DNA from: Candidatus Omnitrophota bacterium
GTDB lineage: Bacteria > Omnitrophota > Gorgyraeia > Gygaellales > Profunditerraquicolaceae
Reading direction: 5' to 3'
NCBI GenBank assembly: GCA_041661605.1
Contig: JBAZUE010000001.1
Span: 66,786-128,483, forward strand
Length of the DNA: 61,698 nucleotides
Both the position numbers and the translations under genes were made by a program. Positions 1-9,081 of the stretch are shown here, piece by piece. The notes below the pieces were generated by a model. It was given only the letters and a program-made list of their open reading frames with translations, was not told where the DNA came from and ran no database searches. Each line of letters opens with the position of its first letter. Position 1 is the first letter of the stretch.

Positions 1-546
1 AACATAATCATTACGGGTGCGACAGGCTTGTTTGTTTTTCTGCTGCTTTGGCTATTTTTGTATTTTCCCAGCAGCAAAGAGATTACCAGCCTTAAGCATG
101 AGCTTGCTTTAACGCAGCAGCAGATCCGGGACATCGAGATTATTTTAGCCGGTTCCAAAGGCAGGGATGAGGCGATACATCTGCTTAAACAAAGGCAGCA
201 ATACTTAAACAGCAGATTCCCTCAGAAGGAGGAGGCAAGCTTAAGGATTATAAGCGAGGTAGCGCGTAAAATTAATATAGATGTCGTATCTTTGCAGCCG
301 GGTTTACGCTCCGAATTTCTGGATGAGTCCGGCAAACAGGTTTTGATCGACGGCAAGACGGTTTGCTATCTGCCGATAACAATAGAGGTGGTTTGTTTTT
401 ATAAAGATCTGGTAAGTTACCTGACAGAGTTAAAAAACGCTTTGCCGGCGTTTGTCAGCGTGACCAGTTTAAATGTTAACAAGGATAACCGGTTTCCCGG
501 AAAGGTCCGGGCAAACGCGGGGTTTAACTTGTATCTGTTAATTTAA
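1..546 (+). CDS. PilO/GspM-like type IV pilus/T2SS inner-membrane assembly protein (5' end outside window)
   Basis: Frame is open from base 1. N-terminal TM helix, coiled coil, then a ferredoxin-like region (YLPITIEVVCFYKDLVSYL) typical of PilO. Lies upstream of PilP-like and secretin genes. Confidence 0.7.
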   Translation, partial: NIIITGATGLFVFLLLWLFLYFPSSKEITSLKHELALTQQQIRDIEIILAGSKGRDEAIHLLKQRQQYLNSRFPQKEEASLRIISEVARKINIDVVSLQPGLRSEFLDESGKQVLIDGKTVCYLPITIEVVCFYKDLVSYLTELKNALPAFVSVTSLNVNKDNRFPGKVRANAGFNLYLLI

Positions 547-550
547 GAAA

Positions 551-985
551 ATGCGCCGGAAAGATTTAATTGAGTTAGGGCTAACAGGGGTTTTATTGCT
601 GGTGTTGATTTTTGCGTTTGTCAATGCGGCCGGTAAGAAGCGCCTCCGCAGAGATGCGCCTAAAGCAGTTGATTTAACAGGCGCTGCAGCTGTGGATATA
701 ACAGACAGCGGGAGTTTATATAATGTGCTTGAAAAAGAAACGGAATCCATAGAGTTAAAGAGGGATCCTTTTACCTCTGCTCCCATAATAAGCCAGAAGA
801 ATATGCAATCCGGTTTTTGTTTAACCGGCATACTCTGGGATAAGCTTAAGCCGCTGGCGATTATCGACGCAGAGGTAGTTAAGGAAGGGGACCGTGTTGG
901 CAATAAGGTAGTTACGGATATAAAACGGGACAGGGTAATCTTAAGCGATGGGCAGGAATTCTTTGAAATTAAACTTGAACCTTAA
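551..985 (+). CDS. PilP/GspC-like pilus assembly protein
   Basis: N-terminal TM, RDPF motif, then LTGILWDKLKPLAIID...VKEGD...I beta domain, a PilP/GspC-like pattern. Operon context agrees. Confidence 0.65.
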   Translation: MRRKDLIELGLTGVLLLVLIFAFVNAAGKKRLRRDAPKAVDLTGAAAVDITDSGSLYNVLEKETESIELKRDPFTSAPIISQKNMQSGFCLTGILWDKLKPLAIIDAEVVKEGDRVGNKVVTDIKRDRVILSDGQEFFEIKLEP

Positions 986-1055
986 AAACGGAGCGGACAG
1001 TTAATGGATAGAAAAGGAATTGCTAATTAACCCCTTTGTGCTAAAATCAAAGAAT

Positions 1056-1469
1056 ATGATTAATAATAAAGCCAGAAGTTTTGTAACAATCATGATTGTC
1101 ATAGGCTTAAGCGCGTTATTGCTGCGCACGGTCATACAGAAATTTATTATCTATAATATTGAACGCAATCAATCATTGGCGCAGGTTAACCTCAAACTTT
1201 TATATACGGCTTTAGAAAATTACGCTAAAGATAATAAAGGGGTGTATCCTGAAAACATAAGCCAGCTTACTAAAGGCAACCCGGTTTACCTGGAGAAAGA
1301 CTATCTCGGCGTTTCTTCGGTGAGGGGCTATGAATATGATTGCCAGCGCCTTGAGCCTAAGGGGTATAACTGTTCGGCAGCTCCGGTAAACTGTAATCTT
1401 ACCGGGAAGAAAGTTTATGTCATATCTACCGGAGGCCTGATTATCTCCGAGGATTGCGATAAGAAATAA
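1056..1469 (+). CDS. Type IV pilin/pseudopilin-like protein, atypical N-terminus (ORF track start 1020)
   Basis: KARS-FVTIMIVIGLSALLL hydrophobic helix, LENYAKDNKGVYP segment, C-terminal cysteines. Sits between PilP-like and secretin genes. Confidence 0.6.
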   Translation: MINNKARSFVTIMIVIGLSALLLRTVIQKFIIYNIERNQSLAQVNLKLLYTALENYAKDNKGVYPENISQLTKGNPVYLEKDYLGVSSVRGYEYDCQRLEPKGYNCSAAPVNCNLTGKKVYVISTGGLIISEDCDKK

Positions 1470-1479
1470 CAGGGAAGGC

Positions 1480-3204
1480 TTGAGAGTGAAAAAAATATTT
1501 TTAATTTGCGTGCTATTTCTTTCTTTTTACGCTTACGCTGCCGCGCAAGCCCAGCAGGCAGCCTTAGTCGCATCCCCGGTTATTGCTGCTGAGCCGCCTG
1601 ATGAGCCGCCTGCGGAAGGAAACAACGCAGCTGTCCAGTCCCAGGGGAATGTTACCCTGGATTTTAAAGAGGCGGATATCGCCAATGTGCTTAAGATTAT
1701 CTCCTATAAGTCGGGGGTCAATATAGTTACCACGCCTGATGTTTCCGGCAATGTTTCAGTCCGGCTAAGCGATGTACCCTGGGAGATTGCCCTGGATGTT
1801 ATTTTAAAGACTTATGGTTTCGGGTATCAGAAGCAGGGAAATGTTATTTTGGTTACCAGGATTGAAAATGTGGCTAAGATTGCCGCTGATGAGCCGTTGC
1901 GGACGGATATCATTACTTTAAAGTTCTTGGATGCCCAGGATGCCCAGAAGATTATTATCCCGCTGCTTTCTCCGCGCGGGAAAATTTCCGTTCTTTACAG
2001 CCGCGGCCAGAAAGGCTGGCAGTTTGGGACTTTTAAGATTGGAAGGGAGTCGGCTGCTGCCAATGCTGCTGCCTTAAAAGACGGGATGGGCTCGACTAAG
2101 CCGGAAACAGTTTCTTATGAGAAGAATGATAAAGGCGAAACCGTAATGAAGAAGGCGGATTTTGACTCGTCGATAAAATCAAAAATGCTGGTAATTACCG
2201 ATACGGCCAGTTCCCTGGATTCAATTCGTAATATTATTTTACCTAAGATTGATATTAAGCCCAAACAGGTTTTAATCGAGACAAGGATTATTGAGGTCAG
2301 CCGGGATAAGCTCAGGGATATCGGCCTGGATTGGGGCTTGGGATCCAAAGACGCGGCAACAACTAATGCCATAACAACGCAGGGGACAAAAACTGCCATC
2401 GGGGGACATTCGGGAACCATTGCCACTTCCAGTAATCCGTTAGTGCCGTCTTTATTTGACCCGGCAACTTCGACAATTTTAGGATACCAGCCTTATAACG
2501 CCGGAGGCGAGTTTATATTTCAAAAGTTAACCGGCACTAAGTTTGAGGTAGTTATCCATGCGTTAGAGGATGACGCTAATACCAATACGCTCTCTGCTCC
2601 GAGTATCCTTACTCTGGATAATCAAGAGGCATCCATGCTGGTGGGTTTTCATACCCCCATACTTCAATCTACGGTTACTGCCGGGGATAACAGCGGCCTT
2701 GGGTCAACTATCACCCAGACATTAGATTATTATCAGGAGATAGGTATCCGTTTAAATGTCGTCCCTCAGGTAAGTGAAGAGGGATATATTAATATGATTA
2801 TTCATCCCAGCGTTACATCTTCCAGCTCCAATGTTACGGCTACTTCTACCGCCAGCGGCGAGACCACTGAAACAGAATATCCTATTATTGATGTGCGCGA
2901 AGCACAGACCCAGGTCCTGCTTAAAGACCAGGAGACTATTGTGATCGGGGGCCTGCTTAAAGATGTTAAGTCCAAAGAGTTTATAGGCATACCTTTTTTA
3001 AAAGATCTTCCTTGGATAGGAAAGATGTTTGGCCGTGAAACAACAAGCACACAGAAGATTGATCTCTTAATTTTTATAAAAGCCAAGATAATCAAGGAAA
3101 GCGAATATACTCCTGAAGAGCTGGCCAAATTAGAGGCCAGGCTGGAACGCAGCCCCGTGGTTGTTAAGGCAAAATTATCGGACAGGAAAAAAGATAAAAA
3201 ATAA
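1480..3204 (+). CDS. Secretin (PilQ/GspD family)
   Basis: Signal peptide, N0 domain VTLDFKEADIANVL, PKQVLIETRIIEV, APSILTLDNQEA and GIPFLKDLPWIGKMFG secretin motifs. Confidence 0.95.
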   Translation: MRVKKIFLICVLFLSFYAYAAAQAQQAALVASPVIAAEPPDEPPAEGNNAAVQSQGNVTLDFKEADIANVLKIISYKSGVNIVTTPDVSGNVSVRLSDVPWEIALDVILKTYGFGYQKQGNVILVTRIENVAKIAADEPLRTDIITLKFLDAQDAQKIIIPLLSPRGKISVLYSRGQKGWQFGTFKIGRESAAANAAALKDGMGSTKPETVSYEKNDKGETVMKKADFDSSIKSKMLVITDTASSLDSIRNIILPKIDIKPKQVLIETRIIEVSRDKLRDIGLDWGLGSKDAATTNAITTQGTKTAIGGHSGTIATSSNPLVPSLFDPATSTILGYQPYNAGGEFIFQKLTGTKFEVVIHALEDDANTNTLSAPSILTLDNQEASMLVGFHTPILQSTVTAGDNSGLGSTITQTLDYYQEIGIRLNVVPQVSEEGYINMIIHPSVTSSSSNVTATSTASGETTETEYPIIDVREAQTQVLLKDQETIVIGGLLKDVKSKEFIGIPFLKDLPWIGKMFGRETTSTQKIDLLIFIKAKIIKESEYTPEELAKLEARLERSPVVVKAKLSDRKKDKK

Positions 3205-3241
3205 CAGGGACGTTTCTTGAGCCAATCGGAGAACTGTCCCC
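3204..3241 (+). repeat. GGGAC hairpin repeat, solo copy (family 2)
   Basis: acagggacgtttcttgagccaatcggagaactgtcccc is the exact reverse complement of 16899-16936 (38/38) and folds as an imperfect hairpin. Confidence 0.85.
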
Positions 3242-3259
3242 TAAGGCTATCTACTGAGC

Positions 3260-3565
3260 ATGTATAAAGTTAATTTTATATTTTCTAAGAAAGGGCTGAT
3301 GCGTTATATTTCGCATTTAGACCTGATGCGCCTATTTATGCGCGCTATGCGCCGGGCAGAGCTGCCTCTAAAGATGACAGAGGGGTTCAGCCCGCATCCT
3401 AAATTAAGCTTAAAAAGAGCCTTAAAATTAGGGTTGGAAAGCGAACACGAAGAAGCTTCCATAGTTTTAAAGTTTCCGGTTGAGCCGGCAGATTTTAAGA
3501 ATAGGCTGCAAAAACAATTACCAGAAGGGATACAAGTAAAAGATGTCCAAGGAAATTTTAATTAA
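3260..3565 (+). CDS. DUF2344 / TIGR03936 radical SAM-associated protein
   Basis: FSKKGLMRYISHLDLMRLFMRAMRRAELP...GFSPHPKLS signature. This family is commonly next to Rne/Rng. Confidence 0.85.
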   Translation: MYKVNFIFSKKGLMRYISHLDLMRLFMRAMRRAELPLKMTEGFSPHPKLSLKRALKLGLESEHEEASIVLKFPVEPADFKNRLQKQLPEGIQVKDVQGNFN

Positions 3566-4985
3566 TGCTGAAGCCCAGGAAAAACGGGTAGCAATAGTCC
3601 AGGACGGCCTGCTCCTTGAGTTTCATATCGAGCGTCCGCAGGATCGCACTATCGTCGGTAATATTTACAAGGGGAGGATCGAGGCGGTAATGCCTTCAAT
3701 CGGGGCCGCCTTTGTGGATATCGGCCTGCCTAAGAATGGTTTCTTGTATTTGTCCGAGATCGAATCTGCCTATGAATCCGTGGAGAGCCCGCAGCAGACT
3801 CCGATTAAAGAGGTAAAAAAGGGCCAGGAGATCCTGGTGCAGGTAGTTAAAGAATCTTTCGGCACCAAAGGCCCGAGGCTTTCCACGCAGATTGGTTTAG
3901 CCGGCAGGTACTTAGTGATTATGCCGATGGATAAACAGGGCGGCATCTCAAGGCGTATCGAAGATGAAACCGAGAGGCGGCGTTTACGCGATATTTTCAG
4001 GGGGCTTAAATTCCCCACACCGGTAGGTTTTATTGTGCGTACCGCAGCCAGCGGGCGTTCCGCGCAGGAGTTGACCCGTGACGCGCAGTTTCTTTATAAA
4101 TTATGGCAGCGCTTGGAAAAGACCGCTCAAGGGAAGAAGGCTCCGGCACTGGTTTACGAAGAGTACGATCTGGCGCTGCGGGCAATACGCGATTCTTTTA
4201 CCGAGGATGTTACCAAGTTGATTGTTGACTCTAAGCCGGAATTCTACCGCATCCAGCATTTCATGCGCACTTTCCTGAGTTATTTATGCAAAAGGGTTGA
4301 GCTTTACAGGGGGGATGATCTTTTTGGCGCAAAAGACGTGGAGAAGCAGATCAACCGTATTTTTGAAAGCCATGTTTATATGAAATCCAAAGCTTACTTG
4401 ATTATTGAGCCGACCGAGGGTTTAGTGGTAATTGATGTAAACAGCGGCGGTTTTAAGAAAAAGGTAAACCAGGAGGAGATGGCTTTTAAGGTCAACGCGG
4501 AAGCAGCGGTTGAGATTGCCCGCCAGCTGGTGCTGCGTGATTTAGGCGGAATAATCGTGATTGATTTTATTGATATGGAGCGCGAAGGCCACCGCCGGGA
4601 GCTGCTCAATATCTTAAAAAATGCCCTTTCAAGCGACAAGGCAAAATATGACATAGAGGGGATCTCCAAGTTCGGGATAGTGGAGATGACCCGTGAACGT
4701 ATCCATAAAACCGTGCAGATGCTGTCTTTCCACCCCTGCCCATATTGCAAGGGAAAAGGCAAGCTGCGCTCACCGCAAACCCTGGGAATTTTTGCTTTAA
4801 AAGAACTTAAGCGCTATCTCAAGGGCAAAACCTTAAAACAGGCTTCGGTTACTTTGGCACCGCCTGTGATCGATGAAATTTTAAAAGATAAGGAGGCCCT
4901 GCGCGCGATTGAGCACAAATACAGGATCAAGGTTAATTTAATCTCTAACCCTGCCGCGCACTTAGAAGACATCAAGATATCCTAA
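3543..4985 (+). CDS. rng: Ribonuclease E/G family (Rne/Rng)
   Basis: GNIYKGRI S1 domain, AAFVDIG, VIDVNSG and GGIIVIDFIDM catalytic motifs, CPYCKGKG Zn-link. Confidence 0.92.
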   Translation: MSKEILINAEAQEKRVAIVQDGLLLEFHIERPQDRTIVGNIYKGRIEAVMPSIGAAFVDIGLPKNGFLYLSEIESAYESVESPQQTPIKEVKKGQEILVQVVKESFGTKGPRLSTQIGLAGRYLVIMPMDKQGGISRRIEDETERRRLRDIFRGLKFPTPVGFIVRTAASGRSAQELTRDAQFLYKLWQRLEKTAQGKKAPALVYEEYDLALRAIRDSFTEDVTKLIVDSKPEFYRIQHFMRTFLSYLCKRVELYRGDDLFGAKDVEKQINRIFESHVYMKSKAYLIIEPTEGLVVIDVNSGGFKKKVNQEEMAFKVNAEAAVEIARQLVLRDLGGIIVIDFIDMEREGHRRELLNILKNALSSDKAKYDIEGISKFGIVEMTRERIHKTVQMLSFHPCPYCKGKGKLRSPQTLGIFALKELKRYLKGKTLKQASVTLAPPVIDEILKDKEALRAIEHKYRIKVNLISNPAAHLEDIKIS

Positions 4986-5013
4986 AATATCAAGGCACGT
5001 CTTCAGATATGCC

Positions 5014-5042
5014 TTGACCCCTATTTATAGTAGATATATAAT
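5014..5042 (+). promoter_or_regulatory. sigma70-type promoter for rplU operon
   Basis: TTGACC (5014-19), 17-bp spacer, TATAAT (5037-42). TAAGGAGG RBS lies before rplU. Confidence 0.7.
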
Positions 5043-5090
5043 ATATGCTTCGAAATTACCTGTATTTAATCACCTTAAGGAGGATGACAA

Positions 5091-5408
5091 ATGTATGCAA
5101 TAGTTGAAGTTGGAGCAAAACAGTATAATGTGAAAAGAGATGATGTTATTGAAGTGGATAAGCAGCTGGTTGATAAAGGCAAGGATATTATTTTAGATAA
5201 GGTTTTATTGGTATGTAATGATAAAACTGTGGAGATCGGCCAGCCTTATGTTAAAGGCGCTAAAGTTGAGGCAGTGGTTTTGGGGGCAACTAAGGGAGAA
5301 AAAACCACGGCTTATAAATACCGCCGTAGAAAAAATTCGCATTGGGAAAAAGGTCATCGTGCCCAGCTTACCGAGCTTAAGATCAAGTCTATTGATTTAA
5401 GTCGGTAA
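5091..5408 (+). CDS. rplU: 50S ribosomal protein L21
   Basis: MYAIVEVGAKQYNV...GQPYVKGAKVEAVV...KYRRRKN...KGHRAQLTELKI. Confidence 0.97.
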   Translation: MYAIVEVGAKQYNVKRDDVIEVDKQLVDKGKDIILDKVLLVCNDKTVEIGQPYVKGAKVEAVVLGATKGEKTTAYKYRRRKNSHWEKGHRAQLTELKIKSIDLSR

Positions 5409-6361
5409 TGTTCATTGATAGCGCTAAAATAATTGTCCGGGCTGGCAGCGGGGGCAGGGGTTGTAAAAGCCTCTACCGCGATAAGTATCAGCGTCAAGGT
5501 AAGCCTGATGGCGGAGACGGCGGCAAGGGCGCCGATATAATTTTTCGCGCTGACCATAACCTGCTTACGCTTTTGGATTTTCAGCATCACCGGCATTTCT
5601 TCGGTTCGCACGGCGGCCACGGCAGCGGAAATCATAAAAAAGGCAGGGCCGCAGAGGATGTGATTGTGCGCGTGCCGATGGGCACGATTATCCAGGACGC
5701 AACAACCGGTTCTGTTTTGCGTGATTTAAGCCAAGACGGCCAAGAGGTTGTTATTGCCAGGGGCGGAAAAGGCGGTGTGGGTAATGGCCACCGTAAAGAA
5801 CCTACCCCGGGGGAGCCGGGCGAGGAAAGAACAGTTATCCTGGACTTAAAGCTCCTGGCTGATGTGGGGGTAGTAGGTTTCCCTAACGCGGGAAAATCCA
5901 CATTGATAACGGCAATCTCAAATGCCCGGCCGAAGATAGCGGCTTATCCGTTTACGACAATGGGGCCGGTTTTAGGTGTGGTTGATGCAACACATAAGAA
6001 ATTTGTTATTGCTGATCTGCCTGGTTTAATTGAGGGCGCTTCAGAGGGACGCGGGCTGGGAGATAAATTTTTAAAGCATCTTGAACGTACCAGCGTATTA
6101 ATTCACCTGGTGGATATGGCGGGCTTTGAGGGCAGGGACCCGGTCGATGATTACAGAAAGATTAACCTGGAATTAAAGAATTACAGCAAAGATATTTATA
6201 AGAAACCTCAGGTTATCTGCGCCAATAAAATGGATATTGCCGGTTCTGATGAGAATTTAAAAAGGTTCAAGAGGTTGATCAAAAAACCGGTTTATCCGAT
6301 TTCGGCGCTTGAGAAGACGGATTTGGGGGAGTTAATTGATGCAGTCGCCAAGAAATTATAA
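5408..6361 (+). CDS. obgE: GTPase ObgE/CgtA
   Basis: Gly-rich Obg fold (PDGGDGGKG), GFPNAGKST, YPFTT, DLPG and NKMD G-motifs. Confidence 0.95.
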   Translation: MFIDSAKIIVRAGSGGRGCKSLYRDKYQRQGKPDGGDGGKGADIIFRADHNLLTLLDFQHHRHFFGSHGGHGSGNHKKGRAAEDVIVRVPMGTIIQDATTGSVLRDLSQDGQEVVIARGGKGGVGNGHRKEPTPGEPGEERTVILDLKLLADVGVVGFPNAGKSTLITAISNARPKIAAYPFTTMGPVLGVVDATHKKFVIADLPGLIEGASEGRGLGDKFLKHLERTSVLIHLVDMAGFEGRDPVDDYRKINLELKNYSKDIYKKPQVICANKMDIAGSDENLKRFKRLIKKPVYPISALEKTDLGELIDAVAKKL

Positions 6362-7106
6362 AAGGGTTGTAATTAAGATTGGCTCAAGCCTGTTTGCAAC
6401 AGAAGAGTACAAATTGGATACAGGTTTAGTCAATAGTATTGCTAAGCAGATTACTGACTTGATGAAGCAGGGCAAAGAGGTAGTGGTTGTTTCTTCGGGG
6501 GCGATTGCTTTAGGCATGTCAATTTTAAAACTTGCTAACCGGCCTAAGGAGCTCCAGCATCTTCAGGCTGCCGCGGCCATTGGACAGCATGAGCTGATGC
6601 ATGTTTATAAGTTAGCGCTTAAGAAATATAAATTAAATTGTGCGCAATTACTGCTTACCTGGGATGATTTTCTCGGGATTCGTTACGCAAACGCCAAGCA
6701 TACCTTGGATACTTTGCTGAAATTAAAATGCGTGCCGATTATAAATGAGAATGATACAGTTGCCACTGAAGAAATTAAGTTTGGTGATAATGACCGTTTA
6801 TCAGCTTTAGTTTCTATATTAGTGGAGGCGGATCTTTTAATTATCCTTTCCGACGTGGAAGGCTTATTGGATAAAAACAAAAAGGTTATGCGCAGGGTGG
6901 ATAAAATTACCGGTGAAATAAAATCTTTGGCCTGCCCGACTAACAAAAAGACATGCGTCGGAGGGATGGCGACTAAAATAGAGGCAGCGCGCATTGCGGT
7001 TGAGGGAAAAGTTCCTTGCGTAATTGCTAATGGCCGAAAGCAGAGAATTATCAGCCAGCTGGCAAATAATCCTTTTTGCCAGGGCACCATATTTTTACCT
7101 AAATGA
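6336..7106 (+). CDS. proB: Glutamate 5-kinase (no PUA domain)
   Basis: VVIKIGSS, VSSGAIALG, PIINENDTV, FGDNDRLSA and GGMATK motifs. Confidence 0.95.
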   Translation: MMQSPRNYKRVVIKIGSSLFATEEYKLDTGLVNSIAKQITDLMKQGKEVVVVSSGAIALGMSILKLANRPKELQHLQAAAAIGQHELMHVYKLALKKYKLNCAQLLLTWDDFLGIRYANAKHTLDTLLKLKCVPIINENDTVATEEIKFGDNDRLSALVSILVEADLLIILSDVEGLLDKNKKVMRRVDKITGEIKSLACPTNKKTCVGGMATKIEAARIAVEGKVPCVIANGRKQRIISQLANNPFCQGTIFLPK

Positions 7107-8359
7107 AGGAAAATCTTAAAAAAGAAATAGAAAATATCGCAAAGGGGGCTTTAGATGCCTCCCGGGTGTTAGCTAACTTGCCTTCGGCTGCCAAGAACGC
7201 GGTGCTCAAGGATATGGCTGCTGCTTTATTAAAAAATAAGGCAGATATTTTAAAAGCTAACCGGAAGGATATCGCCGCCTCCCGCACCAAGCCTAAGGCT
7301 TTTATTGACCGGCTTGCTTTGGATGAAGCAAGGATTAAGCAGATGGCAGAGGGATTGCTTAATGTCGCCAAGCTTAAAGATCCGGTGGGTGAGCTTATAC
7401 GCGGCTGGGATGCTGCCAACGGGCTGCACATTCAGAAGGTGCGTTCGCCTATCGGGGTGATTGCCATAATTTATGAATCCCGGCCTAACGTTACCGCCGA
7501 CTGCGCCGGTCTTTGCCTTAAATCGGGCAACAGCGTAATCTTGCGCGGCGGAAGCGAGTCAATAAATTCTAACCTGGCGATTTATAAAGCGCTGAATTCA
7601 GCGATAGAAAAACACGGCTTACCTTCCGGTATGATTAATTTGATTAAGACAACTGACCGCAAGGCGGTAGATGTTTTGTTAAAGCTGAATAATTATATTG
7701 ATTTGGTTATCCCCCGCGGCGGAGAGGAGCTGATCAAGAAAGTAGTCAGGTCTTCGCGCATACCGGTAATCAAGCATTATAAGGGCATCTGTCATGTTTA
7801 TGTAGATGAATGGGCGGATTTGAATATGGCGGAGAAGATTTGTTTTAACGCCAAGTGCCAGCGTCCGGGAGTTTGCAATGCCATGGAGAGCATGCTGGTG
7901 CATCGCGAGGCGGCTGTAAGGTTTTTGCCCGGGATGCTTAATAAATTCAGGGCAGCAGGCGTTGAGATCCGCGGTTGCCCTCTAACCTGCAAGATCGCTA
8001 AGTGGGCAAGGCGGGCGACTGAAAAAGATTACCGCACTGAATATCTGGATTTAATCCTTTCGGTAAAGGTAGTCGAAGATACGGATGAGGCAATTGCTCA
8101 TATAAATAATTATGGCTCGCATCATTCGGACAGTATTGTTACGGAAAATTATGATGAGGCATTGAAATTCTTAAAGCAGGTGGATTCGGCCTGTGTTTAT
8201 TTAAACGCTTCAACCCGTTTTACCGACGGAAACCAGTTTGGCATGGGGGCGGAGATCGGTATCTCCACGGATAAGCTGCATGCCCGCGGGCCTATGGCGC
8301 TTGAAGAGTTGACTACCTATAAATATATGGTCTTAGGCTGCGGCCAGGTCAGGCAATGA
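7103..8359 (+). CDS. proA: Gamma-glutamyl phosphate reductase
   Basis: PIGVIAIIYESRPNVT, CNAME and GAEIGISTDKLHARGPM motifs. Confidence 0.96.
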   Translation: MKENLKKEIENIAKGALDASRVLANLPSAAKNAVLKDMAAALLKNKADILKANRKDIAASRTKPKAFIDRLALDEARIKQMAEGLLNVAKLKDPVGELIRGWDAANGLHIQKVRSPIGVIAIIYESRPNVTADCAGLCLKSGNSVILRGGSESINSNLAIYKALNSAIEKHGLPSGMINLIKTTDRKAVDVLLKLNNYIDLVIPRGGEELIKKVVRSSRIPVIKHYKGICHVYVDEWADLNMAEKICFNAKCQRPGVCNAMESMLVHREAAVRFLPGMLNKFRAAGVEIRGCPLTCKIAKWARRATEKDYRTEYLDLILSVKVVEDTDEAIAHINNYGSHHSDSIVTENYDEALKFLKQVDSACVYLNASTRFTDGNQFGMGAEIGISTDKLHARGPMALEELTTYKYMVLGCGQVRQ

Positions 8360-8934
8360 AGATTGGCATCTTGGGCGGGACCTTTAATCCGGTGCATATA
8401 GGCCATTTGATCCTGGCGGAAGAGGCAAGGGAGAAATTAGGGTTGGATAAGATTATTTTTATTCCGACATCCTTGCCGCCGCATAAAGATAATGTCAATA
8501 TCGCTCCGGCGGATAAAAGGATTAAGATGTTAAGCCTGGCTATCAAGGGTAATAATAATTTTGCGGTTTCAGATGTCGAGATTAGACGTAAGGGCCGGTC
8601 TTATACAATTGACACATTAAAGGAATTAAAAAGCAAATACAGCCATGACGAGCTTTATTTTATTATCGGCTCGGACCTGCTTAAATATTTAAATGAGTGG
8701 AAGGATTTAAACGAAATAATCAAGATGGTTAAATTCGTGGCGGCAACGCGGCCGGGTTTTCCGTTGGAGCAGATTCCGCATTATATCAAGACTCTGGCTA
8801 TCAGGGCAGTGGATGTTTCGGGTTTTGAGGTGAGAGAGTGCGTGAAGGAGAATAAATCGTTCCGTTATTTGGTTCCGGAGGCGGTTTTTGATTATATAAA
8901 CAAGAATAAATTATATTGTAGACAGTCTACGTAA
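8356..8934 (+). CDS. nadD: Nicotinate-nucleotide adenylyltransferase
   Basis: GILGGTFNPVHIGH, PPHK, SYTIDT and FIIGSD motifs. The last residues (CRQST*) are encoded by a 51-bp repeat. Confidence 0.95.
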   Translation: MKIGILGGTFNPVHIGHLILAEEAREKLGLDKIIFIPTSLPPHKDNVNIAPADKRIKMLSLAIKGNNNFAVSDVEIRRKGRSYTIDTLKELKSKYSHDELYFIIGSDLLKYLNEWKDLNEIIKMVKFVAATRPGFPLEQIPHYIKTLAIRAVDVSGFEVRECVKENKSFRYLVPEAVFDYINKNKLYCRQST

Positions 8935-8968
8935 CTGTTTGATAATAAATGTGTTATGAAACAAATAT
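8918..8968 (+). repeat. 51-bp bipartite repeat R1 (family 1)
   Basis: gtagacagtctacgtaac-N17-gttatgaaacaaatat. Confidence 0.85.
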
Positions 8969-9023
8969 TTATAAGAAAAATAATGTATTAAAATGAAGAA
9001 TTATTTTATTTTCTTAAACCAAA

Positions 9024-9074
9024 ATATTTCTTATATAATTGATTGTCTCGCAATAGGTTATATAGACTGTCTAC
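9024..9074 (-). repeat. 51-bp bipartite repeat R2, inverted relative to R1
   Basis: + strand reads atatttcttatataat-N17-gttatatagactgtctac. Confidence 0.8.
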
Positions 9075-9081
9075 TATTCTT

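Noticed and set aside
6336-7106. Truncated proB pseudogene
   Set aside because: PUA-less glutamate 5-kinases are common, and the stop overlaps the proA start normally.
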